This document shows positions 25,029 to 36,206 of a stretch of DNA of 40,000 bases, piece by piece. The stretch lies in NCBI RefSeq assembly GCF_007556775.1, contig NZ_CP041742.1:1315002-1355001 (forward strand), given 5' to 3'. This DNA comes from Pseudoluteimonas lycopersici. Its GTDB lineage: Bacteria > Pseudomonadota > Gammaproteobacteria > Xanthomonadales > Xanthomonadaceae. Each line of letters starts with the position of its first letter. Position 1 is the stretch's first letter. The translations under genes and the position numbers were made by a program. The notes below the pieces were generated by a model. It saw nothing but the letters and a program-made list of their open reading frames with translations. It was not told where the DNA came from and did not search any database.

Positions 25029-26027
25029 GTGCAGATCGGCCCCTACGTCATCGAACCCAAGGTCATCCTCGCGCCCATGGCCGGCGTGACGGACAAGCCT
25101 TTCCGCCTGCTGTGCAAGCGGCTGGGCGCGGGGCTGGCGGTGTCGGAGATGACGACCAGCGATCCGCGTTTCTGGAACACCGCGAAATCCCTGCACCGCA
25201 TGGACCACGCCGGCGAACCCGATCCGGTCAGCGTGCAGATCGCAGGCACCGTTCCCGACATCATGGCCGAGGCCGCGCGTCATAACGTCGAGCATGGCGC
25301 GCAGCTGATCGACATCAACCTCGGCTGCCCGGCGAAGAAAGTCTGCAACGCCTGGGCCGGTTCGGCATTGATGCGCAACCCGGCGTTGGTCGCGCGCATC
25401 CTCGCGGCGGTGGTGAAGGCCGTCGACGTGCCGGTGACGCTGAAGATCCGCACCGGCTGGAACGCTGAGAACAGGAACGCGCCGGAGATCGCCCGCATCG
25501 CCGAAGATGCCGGCATCGCTGCGCTCGCCGTGCACGGCCGTACCCGCGACCAGCAATACACCGGCGTCGCCGAGTACGACACCATCGCCGCGATCAAGGC
25601 CATGCTGCGCATTCCGGTGATCGCCAACGGCGACGTCGATTCGCCGCAGAAAGCGAAGCGAGTCCTCGACGCGACCGGCTGCGATGCGGTGATGGTCGGC
25701 CGCGCGGCGCAGGGCCGGCCGTGGATCTTCCGCGAAATCGCGCACTTCCTCGCCACCGGCGAAATCTTGCCGGAACCGTCGCTCGTCGAAATCCGCGACA
25801 TCCTGCTCGCGCACCTCGAACACCTGCACGCGTTCTACGGCGAAAGCTCCGGGGTGCGCATCGCGCGCAAGCACCTGGGCTGGTACGCGAAGGATCGGCC
25901 GGAGAACCATGCGTTCCGCGCGGTCGTGAACCAGGCGCAGGACGCCGCGACGCAGGTGCGGCTGACGCGGGATTATTTCGATGCGCTGGCCGCGGGCGTC
26001 GCGCCGGGATTGCCGGCCGCGGCGTGA
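25029..26027 (+). CDS. dusB: tRNA-dihydrouridine synthase B
   Basis: GTG start gives VQIGPYVIEPKVILAPMAGVTDKPFR...DINLGCPAKKV...GRAAQGRPWIF, colinear with E. coli DusB. Confidence 0.9.
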   Translation: MQIGPYVIEPKVILAPMAGVTDKPFRLLCKRLGAGLAVSEMTTSDPRFWNTAKSLHRMDHAGEPDPVSVQIAGTVPDIMAEAARHNVEHGAQLIDINLGCPAKKVCNAWAGSALMRNPALVARILAAVVKAVDVPVTLKIRTGWNAENRNAPEIARIAEDAGIAALAVHGRTRDQQYTGVAEYDTIAAIKAMLRIPVIANGDVDSPQKAKRVLDATGCDAVMVGRAAQGRPWIFREIAHFLATGEILPEPSLVEIRDILLAHLEHLHAFYGESSGVRIARKHLGWYAKDRPENHAFRAVVNQAQDAATQVRLTRDYFDALAAGVAPGLPAAA

Positions 26028-26072
26028 ACCGCGCCAAGCGCGCTTAGCGGCATTCGCGCTAGTCTTCGGCCC

Positions 26073-28430
26073 ATGGGGCGCAACGTCTACCGTTTCGGCG
26101 ACTACACACTGGATCCCGCGTCGCGCGAATTGCGCCACCGGGGAGAGCACGTCGCGCTGCCGCCGAAGTCGTTCGACTGCCTCGTCTACCTGATCGAGAA
26201 CCGCGAACGCGCGATCGGCCGCGACGAACTGATCTCCGCGGTCTGGGGCCGCGTCGACGCCAGCGACGCGGTGGTGTCGCAGACCTTGCTGCGCGCGCGC
26301 CGCGCCATCGGCGACACCGGCACGGAACAATCCGCGGTGCGCACGGTGACGCGCTTCGGCTACCAATGGGTCGCGCCCGTGGAAAGCCTGCCGCAGGAAG
26401 TCGAAGCGGATGCACGGGATCCGGGTGTGCAGGAGGCCGCCGTCGACGACGGCGACGATCCCGCAACGCCGGCAGCGAGCGAAGGCGTCGAACGCCCCGC
26501 CGATGCCTCCGATGCGCGTTCCGACCAACCCGTCTCCACCAAGCCGCGCGCGCGCCGTTGGCGATGGGGCATCGCGGCGATCGCGATCGCGTCGATCATC
26601 GTCGCGTTGCTGGCTGTCGGCCTGTGGCGGCATTCACGCAAGCCGCCGCCATCCACGGGCGTCGCCGACCTCGCCGTGGTGCTGCCGGTCGTGGTCGAAT
26701 CCGGTGGCGCCGAACACGCATGGATCCGGCTCGGTGCGATGGATTACATCGCCAGCCTGTTGCGGCGCAACGGCCGGCTGACCGTACTGCCCAGCGAACG
26801 CACCCTGGTCCTGGTCGATGCGGAACACGCGATCGCCCCGGAAGCGATCGACCATCTGCATGCGGTCACCCGTGCGCGCTGGGTGTTGCAACCGGTCGCG
26901 AGCACGGTGCCGCAAGGCTGGAAAGTACGCATCCGCGTTTCCGCTCCCGGCGACAGCTACGACATCGAGGCCCGTGGCGGCACGCCGCTGGAAGCGGCGG
27001 CGGCGGCCACCGGGTCGCTGCTGCACCGGCTCGGGCACGACGGCCCGGCCGCACCCGCGCCAACCGCGCTGACCCAACGCCTGCAACAGGTGGATGCCGA
27101 ACTCCTCGCCGGGCAGACGGACGCCGCCCGCAACCTGATCGATGCGGCTCCCGCGCGACAACGCGCGGATCCGCAATTGCAGGTGCGCGAGGGTCAACTC
27201 GAATTCCGCCTCGGTCGCCTCGGTGCCGCGCAAATCCTGTTCGACCGCATCGTGGATGCGGCGACGACGTTGCCGGTGGAAGTGCGCAGCCAGGCGCTGA
27301 TGGGCCTGGGCGCGGTCGCGCTGCGCAGGCAGGACAATGCCGCTTCCGAACGACGCTACGACGAAGCGGTGCAGGCACTGGAAGCCCATGCCGATGCGGC
27401 GCCCGATCCGGCGCTGGTCGGCAACGCCTACAACGGCCGCGGTGTTGCCCGGGTCGAGCTGGGGCGCATCGACGATGGCATCGCCGACCTGGGGCGCGCG
27501 CGCATCGCCATGCAGCGCTCCGGCGACGAAGTCGAAGCCGCTTCGGTGGGCGGCAACATCGGCACCTTGAAGGCGCGCAATGGCGACGCCGCGCAGGCGA
27601 TACAGGAATTCGACCTGGCCATCGCCACCTTCGAACGCTTCGACGTCCGCGACAGCCTGGTGGTGATGCTGCTGGCGAAATCCGATGCCGAACTGCAGTT
27701 GCTGCAACCGACCGCGGCGCTTGGCGACAGCCAACGCGCGATGGAATTGGGCAGCAAGCTGGAAAACCCGCAGCTGCGCGCGTTCATGGCCGCGACCCGC
27801 ACCGGGGCATTGCTCGGCAACGGACGCCTGCAGGATGCAGAGGGCTTGCTGCGACAAGGCCAGGACGCATCGCCCGCGCTGCGCCTGCAGTTGCTGCTCG
27901 AACGCGGACGTTTGCAGGATGCGCACAAGCTCGCGCAGGACCTGCTGCTGCAGGATGCCGCGGTCAACGATCCCGGCACGCTGTTGCTGGCCGTGCAGGC
28001 GGCCATCGACGGCAAGGATCCCGCGCTGGCGCGGCAATGGCTGCAGTCGCGCGCCGGCAACGGCGATGGCGGGAACCACGATGCAATCGACCTGGCCGGC
28101 GCACTGCTCGCGGCCGCCACCGGCGACCAGGTGACTGCTGCGCGTAGCTTCGATGCCGCGGCGAAGGCGGCTGCGCGAACGCCCGCGCCGGCCGACGATG
28201 CACGTGCCGGTTCCGCATGGGTGGCCTACTTGGTCGGGCGCGGCGAGCTGGATCGCGCCAGCGGCGTGATGGGCAGCCTCACGCCTTACGTCGACCGCGA
28301 CTATCGCGTCGCGCGCGCCTCGCTGGCGCTGTATCGGGCGCTCGGCGACCGCGCGCTGCAGGCGGAAGCCGAAACCCGCGTGCGCCGGCTCGCGGGCGAG
28401 CGGAATCCGGATTCGCCAGTGGTGTACTAA
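26073..28430 (+). CDS. Membrane-anchored ToxR/CadC-like winged-helix regulator with periplasmic TPR-like domain
   Basis: N-terminal OmpR/PhoB-type DNA-binding domain (YRFGDYTLDPASRELRHRGEHVALPPKSFDCLVYL...VRTVTRFGYQW). One TM helix (WGIAAIAIASIIVALLAVGLW). Long helical-repeat C-terminus. Confidence 0.8.
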   Translation: MGRNVYRFGDYTLDPASRELRHRGEHVALPPKSFDCLVYLIENRERAIGRDELISAVWGRVDASDAVVSQTLLRARRAIGDTGTEQSAVRTVTRFGYQWVAPVESLPQEVEADARDPGVQEAAVDDGDDPATPAASEGVERPADASDARSDQPVSTKPRARRWRWGIAAIAIASIIVALLAVGLWRHSRKPPPSTGVADLAVVLPVVVESGGAEHAWIRLGAMDYIASLLRRNGRLTVLPSERTLVLVDAEHAIAPEAIDHLHAVTRARWVLQPVASTVPQGWKVRIRVSAPGDSYDIEARGGTPLEAAAAATGSLLHRLGHDGPAAPAPTALTQRLQQVDAELLAGQTDAARNLIDAAPARQRADPQLQVREGQLEFRLGRLGAAQILFDRIVDAATTLPVEVRSQALMGLGAVALRRQDNAASERRYDEAVQALEAHADAAPDPALVGNAYNGRGVARVELGRIDDGIADLGRARIAMQRSGDEVEAASVGGNIGTLKARNGDAAQAIQEFDLAIATFERFDVRDSLVVMLLAKSDAELQLLQPTAALGDSQRAMELGSKLENPQLRAFMAATRTGALLGNGRLQDAEGLLRQGQDASPALRLQLLLERGRLQDAHKLAQDLLLQDAAVNDPGTLLLAVQAAIDGKDPALARQWLQSRAGNGDGGNHDAIDLAGALLAAATGDQVTAARSFDAAAKAAARTPAPADDARAGSAWVAYLVGRGELDRASGVMGSLTPYVDRDYRVARASLALYRALGDRALQAEAETRVRRLAGERNPDSPVVY

Positions 28431-28445
28431 CCCTCGCGTTCGCGC

Positions 28446-28476
28446 AAAAAAACGCGCCCCCGTTTCCGGGGGCGCG
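28446..28476 (-). terminator. Rho-independent terminator (minus strand; hairpin shared with the convergent plus-strand gene)
   Basis: cgcgcccccg (28453-28462) / cgggggcgcg (28467-28476) form a perfect 10-bp stem. The A7 run at 28446-28452 gives U7 on the minus strand. Confidence 0.75.
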
Positions 28477-28499
28477 CGCGGACAGCCGAACCGGCGGGA

Positions 28500-29942
28500 T
28501 CAGTTGCCGGGACTGCCGACGCCACCGAAGGCACCCACCTTCTGCATCATCAGGTCGGCTTCGCCGCTGATGCCCAGGGGGTTGTTTTCCCAGACGAACA
28601 CCGCTCCGCCCACGCGGGTCGGCGCGGCAGCTACGCGTGTGACCCATCCGTCGAAGCGCTTGTATTGCACGATCGGGCGGCGCCAGGCAGGCTGTCCGTC
28701 GCTCTTGATCGCCGCCGCCTGCAGGGGCTCATTGTCGAGCGTGGCCGAATCGGTCGCCCACTGCGCGATGAAGCCGTTGCGCGCCGGCATGGCGATCAGC
28801 GAGGAATACGCATTGATGTCGATCGGCACCAGCACCTCTCCGGTTTCGCCCCAGGCCCGGTTGCCATCCATGTCCACGCGCTGGGCATAAACGCCGCTAT
28901 AATCGGCCGATACGGTGCCCATCTCGCGCCAGAGCGCGTAGATGTCGCCGGTCTTGCCGTCGTAGCTGCAGTCCACCTGCTTGCGGTACTGGCTGGCGTC
29001 GGTCGACAAGGCCACGCCGTTGTGCGCGTACCGCTCCGAACCGTCGGCGAGTACATGCTGGGCGCGGATGTCGGAACCGGACGCACCGAAGCCGTATTGC
29101 CAACAGAACACCGCGCCGCCGGCGCCGTCCTCGACGAATTCGGGGAAGTAGCCCTGCGGGATGTTGCCGGTCGTGGTGGAATCCCACAGCTTGACGTAGC
29201 TCGGCGACCACAGCGGCTGGCCGGCGGCATCGTATTTCTGCGCCCACAGCTGGTTGCCGGTGCTGCGACCCTGGATCACGAAACTGGCGATCACGCCGTC
29301 GCCCGAACCCTGCAGGTCGGCCGGGAAGGCGAAAGCGCCGGTGGGCGCGGTGATGTTCACCCCTGCGCCCCACATGGCCTGGCCGTTGGCATCGAGCTTC
29401 TGCAGCACTTCCTTGCCGCTGTTGTCGAGCCAGGCGACGACCGTGCCGCCATCGCCGGTAGCGGCCACGTCGGCGGTCTGCACGTCGCTGGTCGCGGCGC
29501 TGACGATCACGCCCGAACCCCAAGCCTGGGTGCCATCGGGCGCGATCTTCGCCGCCGCGAGCTGGAGGATGCCGTTCGCATCGCGGAAGCGATAGGCGAG
29601 CACGGCATTGCCGTTCGCATCGCGGTCGAGGTCGTAATGGGTCTCGTAGCTCAGGTCGCGATCCGCGACCAGGATGCCGCCAGCGGCCCAGAGTGCGTTG
29701 CCGTTGCGGTCGTAGCGCTGCAGGCGCACGTCGAAGCCGTTCCCGAAGCCTGCGCCGCCATCCAGCCATGCGACGTAATAGCCGCCATCGGGCAGCGTCG
29801 CGATTTCGGGCAGGACCTGGTCGCCCGGCGCCGCGGAAACCACCACGGCCGAGGTGCCGTTGGTCGGCCATGCCGCCAGTGCGGCCAGCGGCGCGGCCGC
29901 GATGGTAGCGATGAGTGCGAGTGCGAGGGGACGAACCTTCAT
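28500..29942 (-). CDS. Secreted repeat protein (beta-propeller-like Gly/Trp repeats), hypothetical
   Basis: ATG at 29942 with signal peptide MKVRPLALALIATIAAAPLAALAA. At least six recurrences of DG..(V/I)AW ... Q(K/R).D..G...W pattern. Confidence 0.75.
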   Translation of the reverse strand: MKVRPLALALIATIAAAPLAALAAWPTNGTSAVVVSAAPGDQVLPEIATLPDGGYYVAWLDGGAGFGNGFDVRLQRYDRNGNALWAAGGILVADRDLSYETHYDLDRDANGNAVLAYRFRDANGILQLAAAKIAPDGTQAWGSGVIVSAATSDVQTADVAATGDGGTVVAWLDNSGKEVLQKLDANGQAMWGAGVNITAPTGAFAFPADLQGSGDGVIASFVIQGRSTGNQLWAQKYDAAGQPLWSPSYVKLWDSTTTGNIPQGYFPEFVEDGAGGAVFCWQYGFGASGSDIRAQHVLADGSERYAHNGVALSTDASQYRKQVDCSYDGKTGDIYALWREMGTVSADYSGVYAQRVDMDGNRAWGETGEVLVPIDINAYSSLIAMPARNGFIAQWATDSATLDNEPLQAAAIKSDGQPAWRRPIVQYKRFDGWVTRVAAAPTRVGGAVFVWENNPLGISGEADLMMQKVGAFGGVGSPGN

Positions 29943-30355
29943 TGCGTTTCTCCGTCTGGATGGGCGTGTCCGGAACGTAGCCCGGACACCGATTGGTTGT
30001 TGCGCCGCATCACGCGACGCGTTGCGTGGCACACGAATCCGAATTCCACGTACCGCCCCGTTGCGGCCCGCACTCCCGGAATGGCAATGGCGGCGACCTC
30101 GCCACCATCGGATCCCGCCTTCCCGGCGTCCTGCTTCCAGCTTCCTGCGGCCAGTGTCAGCGCGGCGCAACGATGCCGCTTCACAGAACCCTGCCAATAC
30201 CCGCGCGTATGCCGGCCCGGCGATGACAGATCCCTGACAGTGGGATCACAAACCCTTGTTCCGGCGCGGTTTTCCGGAAATGCGCGCGGCCCGGGCGGTT
30301 TCGCCGTCCGCCCCGGAGCGAGGACAATGTGCGGCCCCGTCCCCGGCCCGCCGCC

Positions 30356-31171
30356 ATGTCCTCGCAGCCCTACCTCCACGGTTTCTCGCGCAGCGAACAG
30401 GAACGCCTCGTGCGCCAGGCGCGCATGGCCGAATCCACCGTGTTCCACGACATCGACCTGTCCGGCGCGAAGCGCCTGCTCGAAGTCGGCAGCGGCGTCG
30501 GTGCGCAGACCGAGATCCTGCTGCGGCGCTTCCCGGACCTGCACGCGACTTGCGTCGACCTCAACCAGGCGCAACTTGAGGCCGCGCGCGAGAACCTCGG
30601 TGCGCGCCCGTGGCTCGACGGGCGCTACGAACTGCGCCACGCCGACGCCACCGACCTGCCGTTCGAGGCGCGCAATTTCGACGCCGCGTTCCTGTGCTGG
30701 ATCCTCGAACACGTGCCCTCGCCGACGCGGGTGCTCAACGAAGTACGGCGCGTGCTCGCGCCCGGCTCGCCGGTGTACATCACCGAGGTGATGAATTCCT
30801 CGTTCCTGCTCGATCCGTATTCGCCGCACACCTGGCGCTACTGGATGGCGTTCAACGATTTCCAGCTCGAAAGCGGCGGCGATCCCTTCGTCGGCGCCAA
30901 GCTCGGCAACCTGCTGCTGGCCGGCGGTTTCCGCGACGTGACGACGCAGGTCAAGACCTTCCACTTCGACAACCGCGAGCCGGCCAGGCGCAAGGCCATC
31001 GTCGAATACTGGGAGGAATTGCTGCTCTCGGCCGCGGACCAGCTGATCGACGCGGGCAAGGTCACGCGCGAGGTCGTCGACGGCATGCGCCGCGAGATGC
31101 AGCAGGTGCGCAACGATCCGAACGCGGTGTTCTTCTACGCCTTCGTGCAGGCGCGCGCGATCGCGTTCTGA
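30356..31171 (+). CDS. Class I SAM-dependent methyltransferase
   Basis: Motif I LLEVGSGVGAQTEIL and motif post-I CVDLN. ATG at 30356. Confidence 0.85.
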   Translation: MSSQPYLHGFSRSEQERLVRQARMAESTVFHDIDLSGAKRLLEVGSGVGAQTEILLRRFPDLHATCVDLNQAQLEAARENLGARPWLDGRYELRHADATDLPFEARNFDAAFLCWILEHVPSPTRVLNEVRRVLAPGSPVYITEVMNSSFLLDPYSPHTWRYWMAFNDFQLESGGDPFVGAKLGNLLLAGGFRDVTTQVKTFHFDNREPARRKAIVEYWEELLLSAADQLIDAGKVTREVVDGMRREMQQVRNDPNAVFFYAFVQARAIAF

Positions 31172-32188
31172 TCAGATGCCCGCGGGCGGCTGGCGCCAGA
31201 TCCGGTTCCACAGGTCGCCCCAGCCGCGCCGCATCTTCCATTCGAACTTCGGTTGCCGCGGCGGATCGAGCGCGACCCAGCGTCCGTTGTCATCGCGCGC
31301 CACGGCGAAGTTGAAGCTGTAATCCGGCTCGCTGCCCATGCGCAGGTCGCTGAGCACCAGCACGCCGTCGCGCACCGTGGCCTTGGCGAAACCGTGATCG
31401 AACCACAGGATGCGTTCGACCGTCGGCAGGCCGCGTACGGCATCGAGCGCGGCGATATCGGAGCGATGCGCATGGAAGCGCATCGGTCCGCGGTCCGCCA
31501 CCAGCGAGCGTTCGCCTTCGACGAAACCCTCCGGCGTCATCGCCACCACCCGCCAGCGCAGCGTCGTCAGCGGCGCCGGCACCGAGAACCGCGGCGCATC
31601 GGCGAGGCCGATCGAAGCCAGCGCGCGGTCGGCTTCGCGTTCGACCATGGATTTCGCCAGCAGCGACCAGCCGACATAGCCGACGCCGAGCACGATGCCG
31701 GCGACCAGCGCGCGTTGCGCCAGCGGTTTCTCGCGCGCGAACCAGGCGACCGCGAAGGCGACGAACCACGGCAGGGTGAACAGCGGATCGACGATGAACA
31801 GGCTCGACCACATGATCGGCCGCATCGGCAGCGGCCACAGCAGCTGCGTGCCGTAGACGGTGAAGCTGTCCAGCAGCGGATGCGCCATCAGGCAGGCGAA
31901 GATCGCCCACCACCAGCGCACCGGCGACTGCGCGACGCGCCCGCCGCGACGCTTGAAGAACCACCAGATCGCCCATGCCACGAACGGCAGCACCAGCCAC
32001 GAATGCGTCGCGCTGCGGTGCCAGGTCATGCGCACGACCGGGTCGTCGAAGAGCGCGAGCGGGAAGACGTCGAGGTCGGGCAGCGTGTTCAGCGCCATGC
32101 CCGCGAGCAGTGCGGCGCGGCGGTGTTGCTTCGGGGCGATGGCCGCGGCGATGGCGCCGCCGAAGAACAGGTGGGTGATGGAATCCAT
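31172..32188 (-). CDS. Membrane-bound metal-dependent hydrolase (YdjM/YbcI, DUF457 family)
   Basis: [17 protein letters not shown]...LPDLD...HRSATHS with multiple TM helices. Its stop abuts the convergent methyltransferase stop (TGATCA). Confidence 0.85.
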   Translation of the reverse strand: MDSITHLFFGGAIAAAIAPKQHRRAALLAGMALNTLPDLDVFPLALFDDPVVRMTWHRSATHSWLVLPFVAWAIWWFFKRRGGRVAQSPVRWWWAIFACLMAHPLLDSFTVYGTQLLWPLPMRPIMWSSLFIVDPLFTLPWFVAFAVAWFAREKPLAQRALVAGIVLGVGYVGWSLLAKSMVEREADRALASIGLADAPRFSVPAPLTTLRWRVVAMTPEGFVEGERSLVADRGPMRFHAHRSDIAALDAVRGLPTVERILWFDHGFAKATVRDGVLVLSDLRMGSEPDYSFNFAVARDDNGRWVALDPPRQPKFEWKMRRGWGDLWNRIWRQPPAGI

Positions 32189-32335
32189 GCGCCGATGCTA
32201 GCCGCTGGCACCGGCCACCCGTCCGGCCGAAACCCAACCGGCGCACAATGGCCGTCCCGGTACCGTGCAAAGCCGGGTCCGGGCCTGTATCATGCCCGGC
32301 CATCCTTTCATCCGCATTAAGGGATATAAGCTCCG

Positions 32336-33553
<1,218 letters not shown>

Positions 33554-33597
33554 GCGACACGAAATCGGGCGCGCGGCGCAATGCCGCGCGTCCAGCT

Positions 33598-33680
33598 CCA
33601 TCGAGGGGCGCTGCACTCGCGCAACCGGATCCCCGGGCGCGATCAGGCTCGATGGAAGCGAAACGATGCAACGGCGCCCG
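33598..33680 (+). promoter_or_regulatory. SAH (S-adenosylhomocysteine) riboswitch
   Basis: CCAUCGAGGGGCGCUGCA...GAUCAGGCUCGAUGG...GCAACGGCGCCC matches the conserved CGAGGxGCGCUGC / CAGGCUCG / AACGGCGCC cores. It is directly upstream of ahcY, the canonical target. Confidence 0.85.
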
Positions 33681-33726
33681 TGACTGCGAATCGCAGGAAA
33701 CGCGATTCCGACAACGGAGCAACAAC

Positions 33727-35184
33727 ATGAACGCGCAAGTGAAGACCTTTTCGACCGAAGGCGACTACAAGGTCGCCGACATCCAGCTGGCCGACTGGGG
33801 CCGCAAGGAACTCGACATCGCCGAGCACGAGATGCCGGGCCTGATGTCGATCCGCAAGAAGCACGCCGCGACCACGCCGCTCCAGGGCGTGCGCGTCACC
33901 GGCTCGCTGCACATGACCATCCAGACCGCGGTGCTGATCGAGACGCTGAAGGACATCGGCGCCGACGTGCGCTGGGCCTCGTGCAACATCTTCAGCACGC
34001 AGGACCATGCCGCCGCCGCAATCGCCGCCGCCGGCACGCCGGTGTTCGCGTGGAAGGGCGAATCGCTGGAGGAATACTGGGACTGCACCCTGTCCGCGCT
34101 GTCCTTCCCCGACGGCAAGGGCGGCTTCCTCGGCCCGCAGCTGGTCGTGGACGACGGCGGCGACGTCACCCTGCTGATCCACAAGGGCTACGAGCTCGAA
34201 AACGGTTCCGACTGGGTGAACACCGCCTCCGGCAACCATGAAGAGCAGGTGATCAAGGACCTGCTCAAGCGCGTGGCGAAGGAGCGTCCGGGTTACTGGC
34301 ACAAGGTCGTCGCCGACTGGAAGGGCGTGTCCGAGGAAACCACCACCGGCGTGCATCGCCTGTACCAGCTCGCCGAAGCCGGCAAGCTGCTGATCCCCGC
34401 GATCAACGTCAACGATTCGGTGACCAAGTCGAAGTTCGACAACCTCTACGGCTGCCGCGAATCGCTGGCCGACGGCCTCAAGCGCGCGATGGACGTGATG
34501 CTCGCCGGCAAGGTCGCGGTCGTATGCGGCTACGGCGACGTCGGCAAGGGTTCGGCGCATTCGCTGCGCGCCTACGGCGCACGCGTCGTGGTCACCGAGA
34601 TCGACCCGATCAACGCCCTGCAGGCGGCGATGGAAGGCTTCGAGGTCAACACCGTCGAATCGACCCTGGGCCGCGGCGACATCTACGTGACGACGACCGG
34701 CAACAAGGACGTGCTCACGCTCGAGCACATGTCGAAGATGAAGGACCAGGCCATCGTCTGCAACATCGGCCACTTCGACAACGAGATCCAGGTCGATGCG
34801 CTGAACGCCTCGGGCGCGACCCGGCTCAACATCAAGCCGCAGGTGGACAAGTACACGTTCAAGCACGCTGATGGAACGCCGGGCAACTCGATCTTCCTGC
34901 TCGCCGAAGGCCGCCTCGTCAACCTCGGCTGCGCCACCGGCCACCCGAGCTTCGTGATGTCGAACTCGTTCTCGAACCAGACCCTCGCCCAGATCGACCT
35001 GTGGGCGAACAAGGACGCGTACGAGCCGAAGGTCTACATCCTGCCGAAGAAGCTCGACGAGGAAGTTGCGCGCCTGCACCTGGACAAGATCGGCGTGAAG
35101 CTGACCACGCTCACCCAGGACCAGGCCGATTACCTCGGCGTGGCAGTGGAAGGCCCGTACAAGCCGGATCATTACCGCTATTGA
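33727..35184 (+). CDS. ahcY: Adenosylhomocysteinase
   Basis: [40 protein letters not shown]...[10 protein letters not shown] (NAD site)...PDHYRY C-terminus. Confidence 0.97.
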   Translation: MNAQVKTFSTEGDYKVADIQLADWGRKELDIAEHEMPGLMSIRKKHAATTPLQGVRVTGSLHMTIQTAVLIETLKDIGADVRWASCNIFSTQDHAAAAIAAAGTPVFAWKGESLEEYWDCTLSALSFPDGKGGFLGPQLVVDDGGDVTLLIHKGYELENGSDWVNTASGNHEEQVIKDLLKRVAKERPGYWHKVVADWKGVSEETTTGVHRLYQLAEAGKLLIPAINVNDSVTKSKFDNLYGCRESLADGLKRAMDVMLAGKVAVVCGYGDVGKGSAHSLRAYGARVVVTEIDPINALQAAMEGFEVNTVESTLGRGDIYVTTTGNKDVLTLEHMSKMKDQAIVCNIGHFDNEIQVDALNASGATRLNIKPQVDKYTFKHADGTPGNSIFLLAEGRLVNLGCATGHPSFVMSNSFSNQTLAQIDLWANKDAYEPKVYILPKKLDEEVARLHLDKIGVKLTTLTQDQADYLGVAVEGPYKPDHYRY

Positions 35185-35186
35185 TT

Positions 35187-35290
35187 CTGCTCGTCATTCC
35201 GGCGCAAGCCGGAACCCAGCTTTTGTCGTTTCCCTCCAGGCAACGACAAGAGCAAAGGCTGGGCCCCGGCTTGCGCCGGGGTGACGACAT
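35187..35290. mobile_element. REPIN-like inverted REP doublet between ahcY and metF
   Basis: Arms are 35187-35228 (ctgctcgtcattccggcgcaagccggaacccagcttttgtcg) and 35244-35290 (reverse orientation). They flank a central palindrome ttgtcgtt...aacgacaa. Confidence 0.6.
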
Positions 35291-35320
35291 CAGGGATCAC
35301 GGCATCGAACGGAGTTCCGC

Positions 35321-36166
35321 ATGGCAGCACGCGTCCCGATTTCCTTCGAGTTCTACCCGCCCAAGACCGATGAGCAGCGCGAGCAGCTCGACCGCACGGT
35401 CGAGAAGCTGAAAGCGCATGCGCCGCAGTTCATGTCGGTCACCTTCGGCGCCGGCGGTTCGACGCTGAGCCACACGCCGGAAACCGTGCAGCGCCTGCGC
35501 AGCGAGCATCGCGTCGCCGGCGTGCCGCACATCACCTGCGTCGGCGGCAACCGCGAGGAAATCCGCGCCCTGCTCAAGCTCTACCGCGCACTGGGCTGCG
35601 ACCGCGTGGTCGCGCTGCGCGGCGACACGCCTTCGGGCATGGTCCGCAGCGGCGACCTGCGCTACGCCAGCGAGCTGGTGGAACTGATCCGCGCCGAACA
35701 CGGCCGCCATTTCCACATCGAAGTCGCGGCCTATCCGGAAACGCACCCGCAGGCCGGCGATGCGCTGGTCGACCTGCGCAACTTCAAGGCCAAGGTCGAC
35801 GCCGGCGCGGATGGCGCGATCACGCAATACTTCTACAACACCGACGCCTATTTCCGCTTCGTCGACGATGCGCGCGCGCTGGGCATCGAGGTGCCGATCG
35901 TGCCGGGCATCATGCCGATCTCGAACTTCAGCCAGCTGCGGCGATTCTCCGAAGCCTGCGGCGCGGAAATCCCGCGCTGGATCGGCCAGCGCATGCGCGC
36001 CTACGGCGACGACGCGGACGCGATCCGCGAATTCGCCTCGGACTTCATCGCGCGCATGTGCGAACGCCTGGTCGCGGGCGGCGCGCCGGGCCTGCACTTC
36101 TACACGTTGAACCTGGCCAGGCCGACGCTGGCGGTGTTGCGCCGCCTCGGCACGGACCCGGCCTGA
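35321..36166 (+). CDS. metF: 5,10-methylenetetrahydrofolate reductase
   Basis: ISFEFYPPKTDEQREQL...FMSVTFGAGGST...ITQYFYN. Confidence 0.95.
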   Translation: MAARVPISFEFYPPKTDEQREQLDRTVEKLKAHAPQFMSVTFGAGGSTLSHTPETVQRLRSEHRVAGVPHITCVGGNREEIRALLKLYRALGCDRVVALRGDTPSGMVRSGDLRYASELVELIRAEHGRHFHIEVAAYPETHPQAGDALVDLRNFKAKVDAGADGAITQYFYNTDAYFRFVDDARALGIEVPIVPGIMPISNFSQLRRFSEACGAEIPRWIGQRMRAYGDDADAIREFASDFIARMCERLVAGGAPGLHFYTLNLARPTLAVLRRLGTDPA

Positions 36167-36206
36167 CGGACTTCCGCCCCCGCGTGGCAAGGGCTAGGCT
36201 GGCGCG

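Noticed and set aside
26028-26072. An expected fis gene after dusB (E. coli dusB-fis arrangement), and a 10-nt palindrome AAGCGCGCTT in the spacer.
   Set aside because: The next gene is a 785-aa ToxR-like regulator, not fis. A single short palindrome in GC-rich DNA is not enough to call an operator.
31169-31174. Convergent methyltransferase and hydrolase genes whose stop codons abut as the palindrome TGATCA, with no terminator.
   Set aside because: The observation is real, but it is probably just tight packing. Nothing further is supported by the sequence.
32189-32335. A possible SAM-type riboswitch in the 147-nt metK leader (helices such as cccgg/ccggg and ccgggc/gcccgg).
   Set aside because: I could not find the conserved cores of SAM-I, SAM-II/V or SAM/SAH classes. 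The helices I can draw compete for the same nucleotides. A covariance-model scan is needed before any claim.
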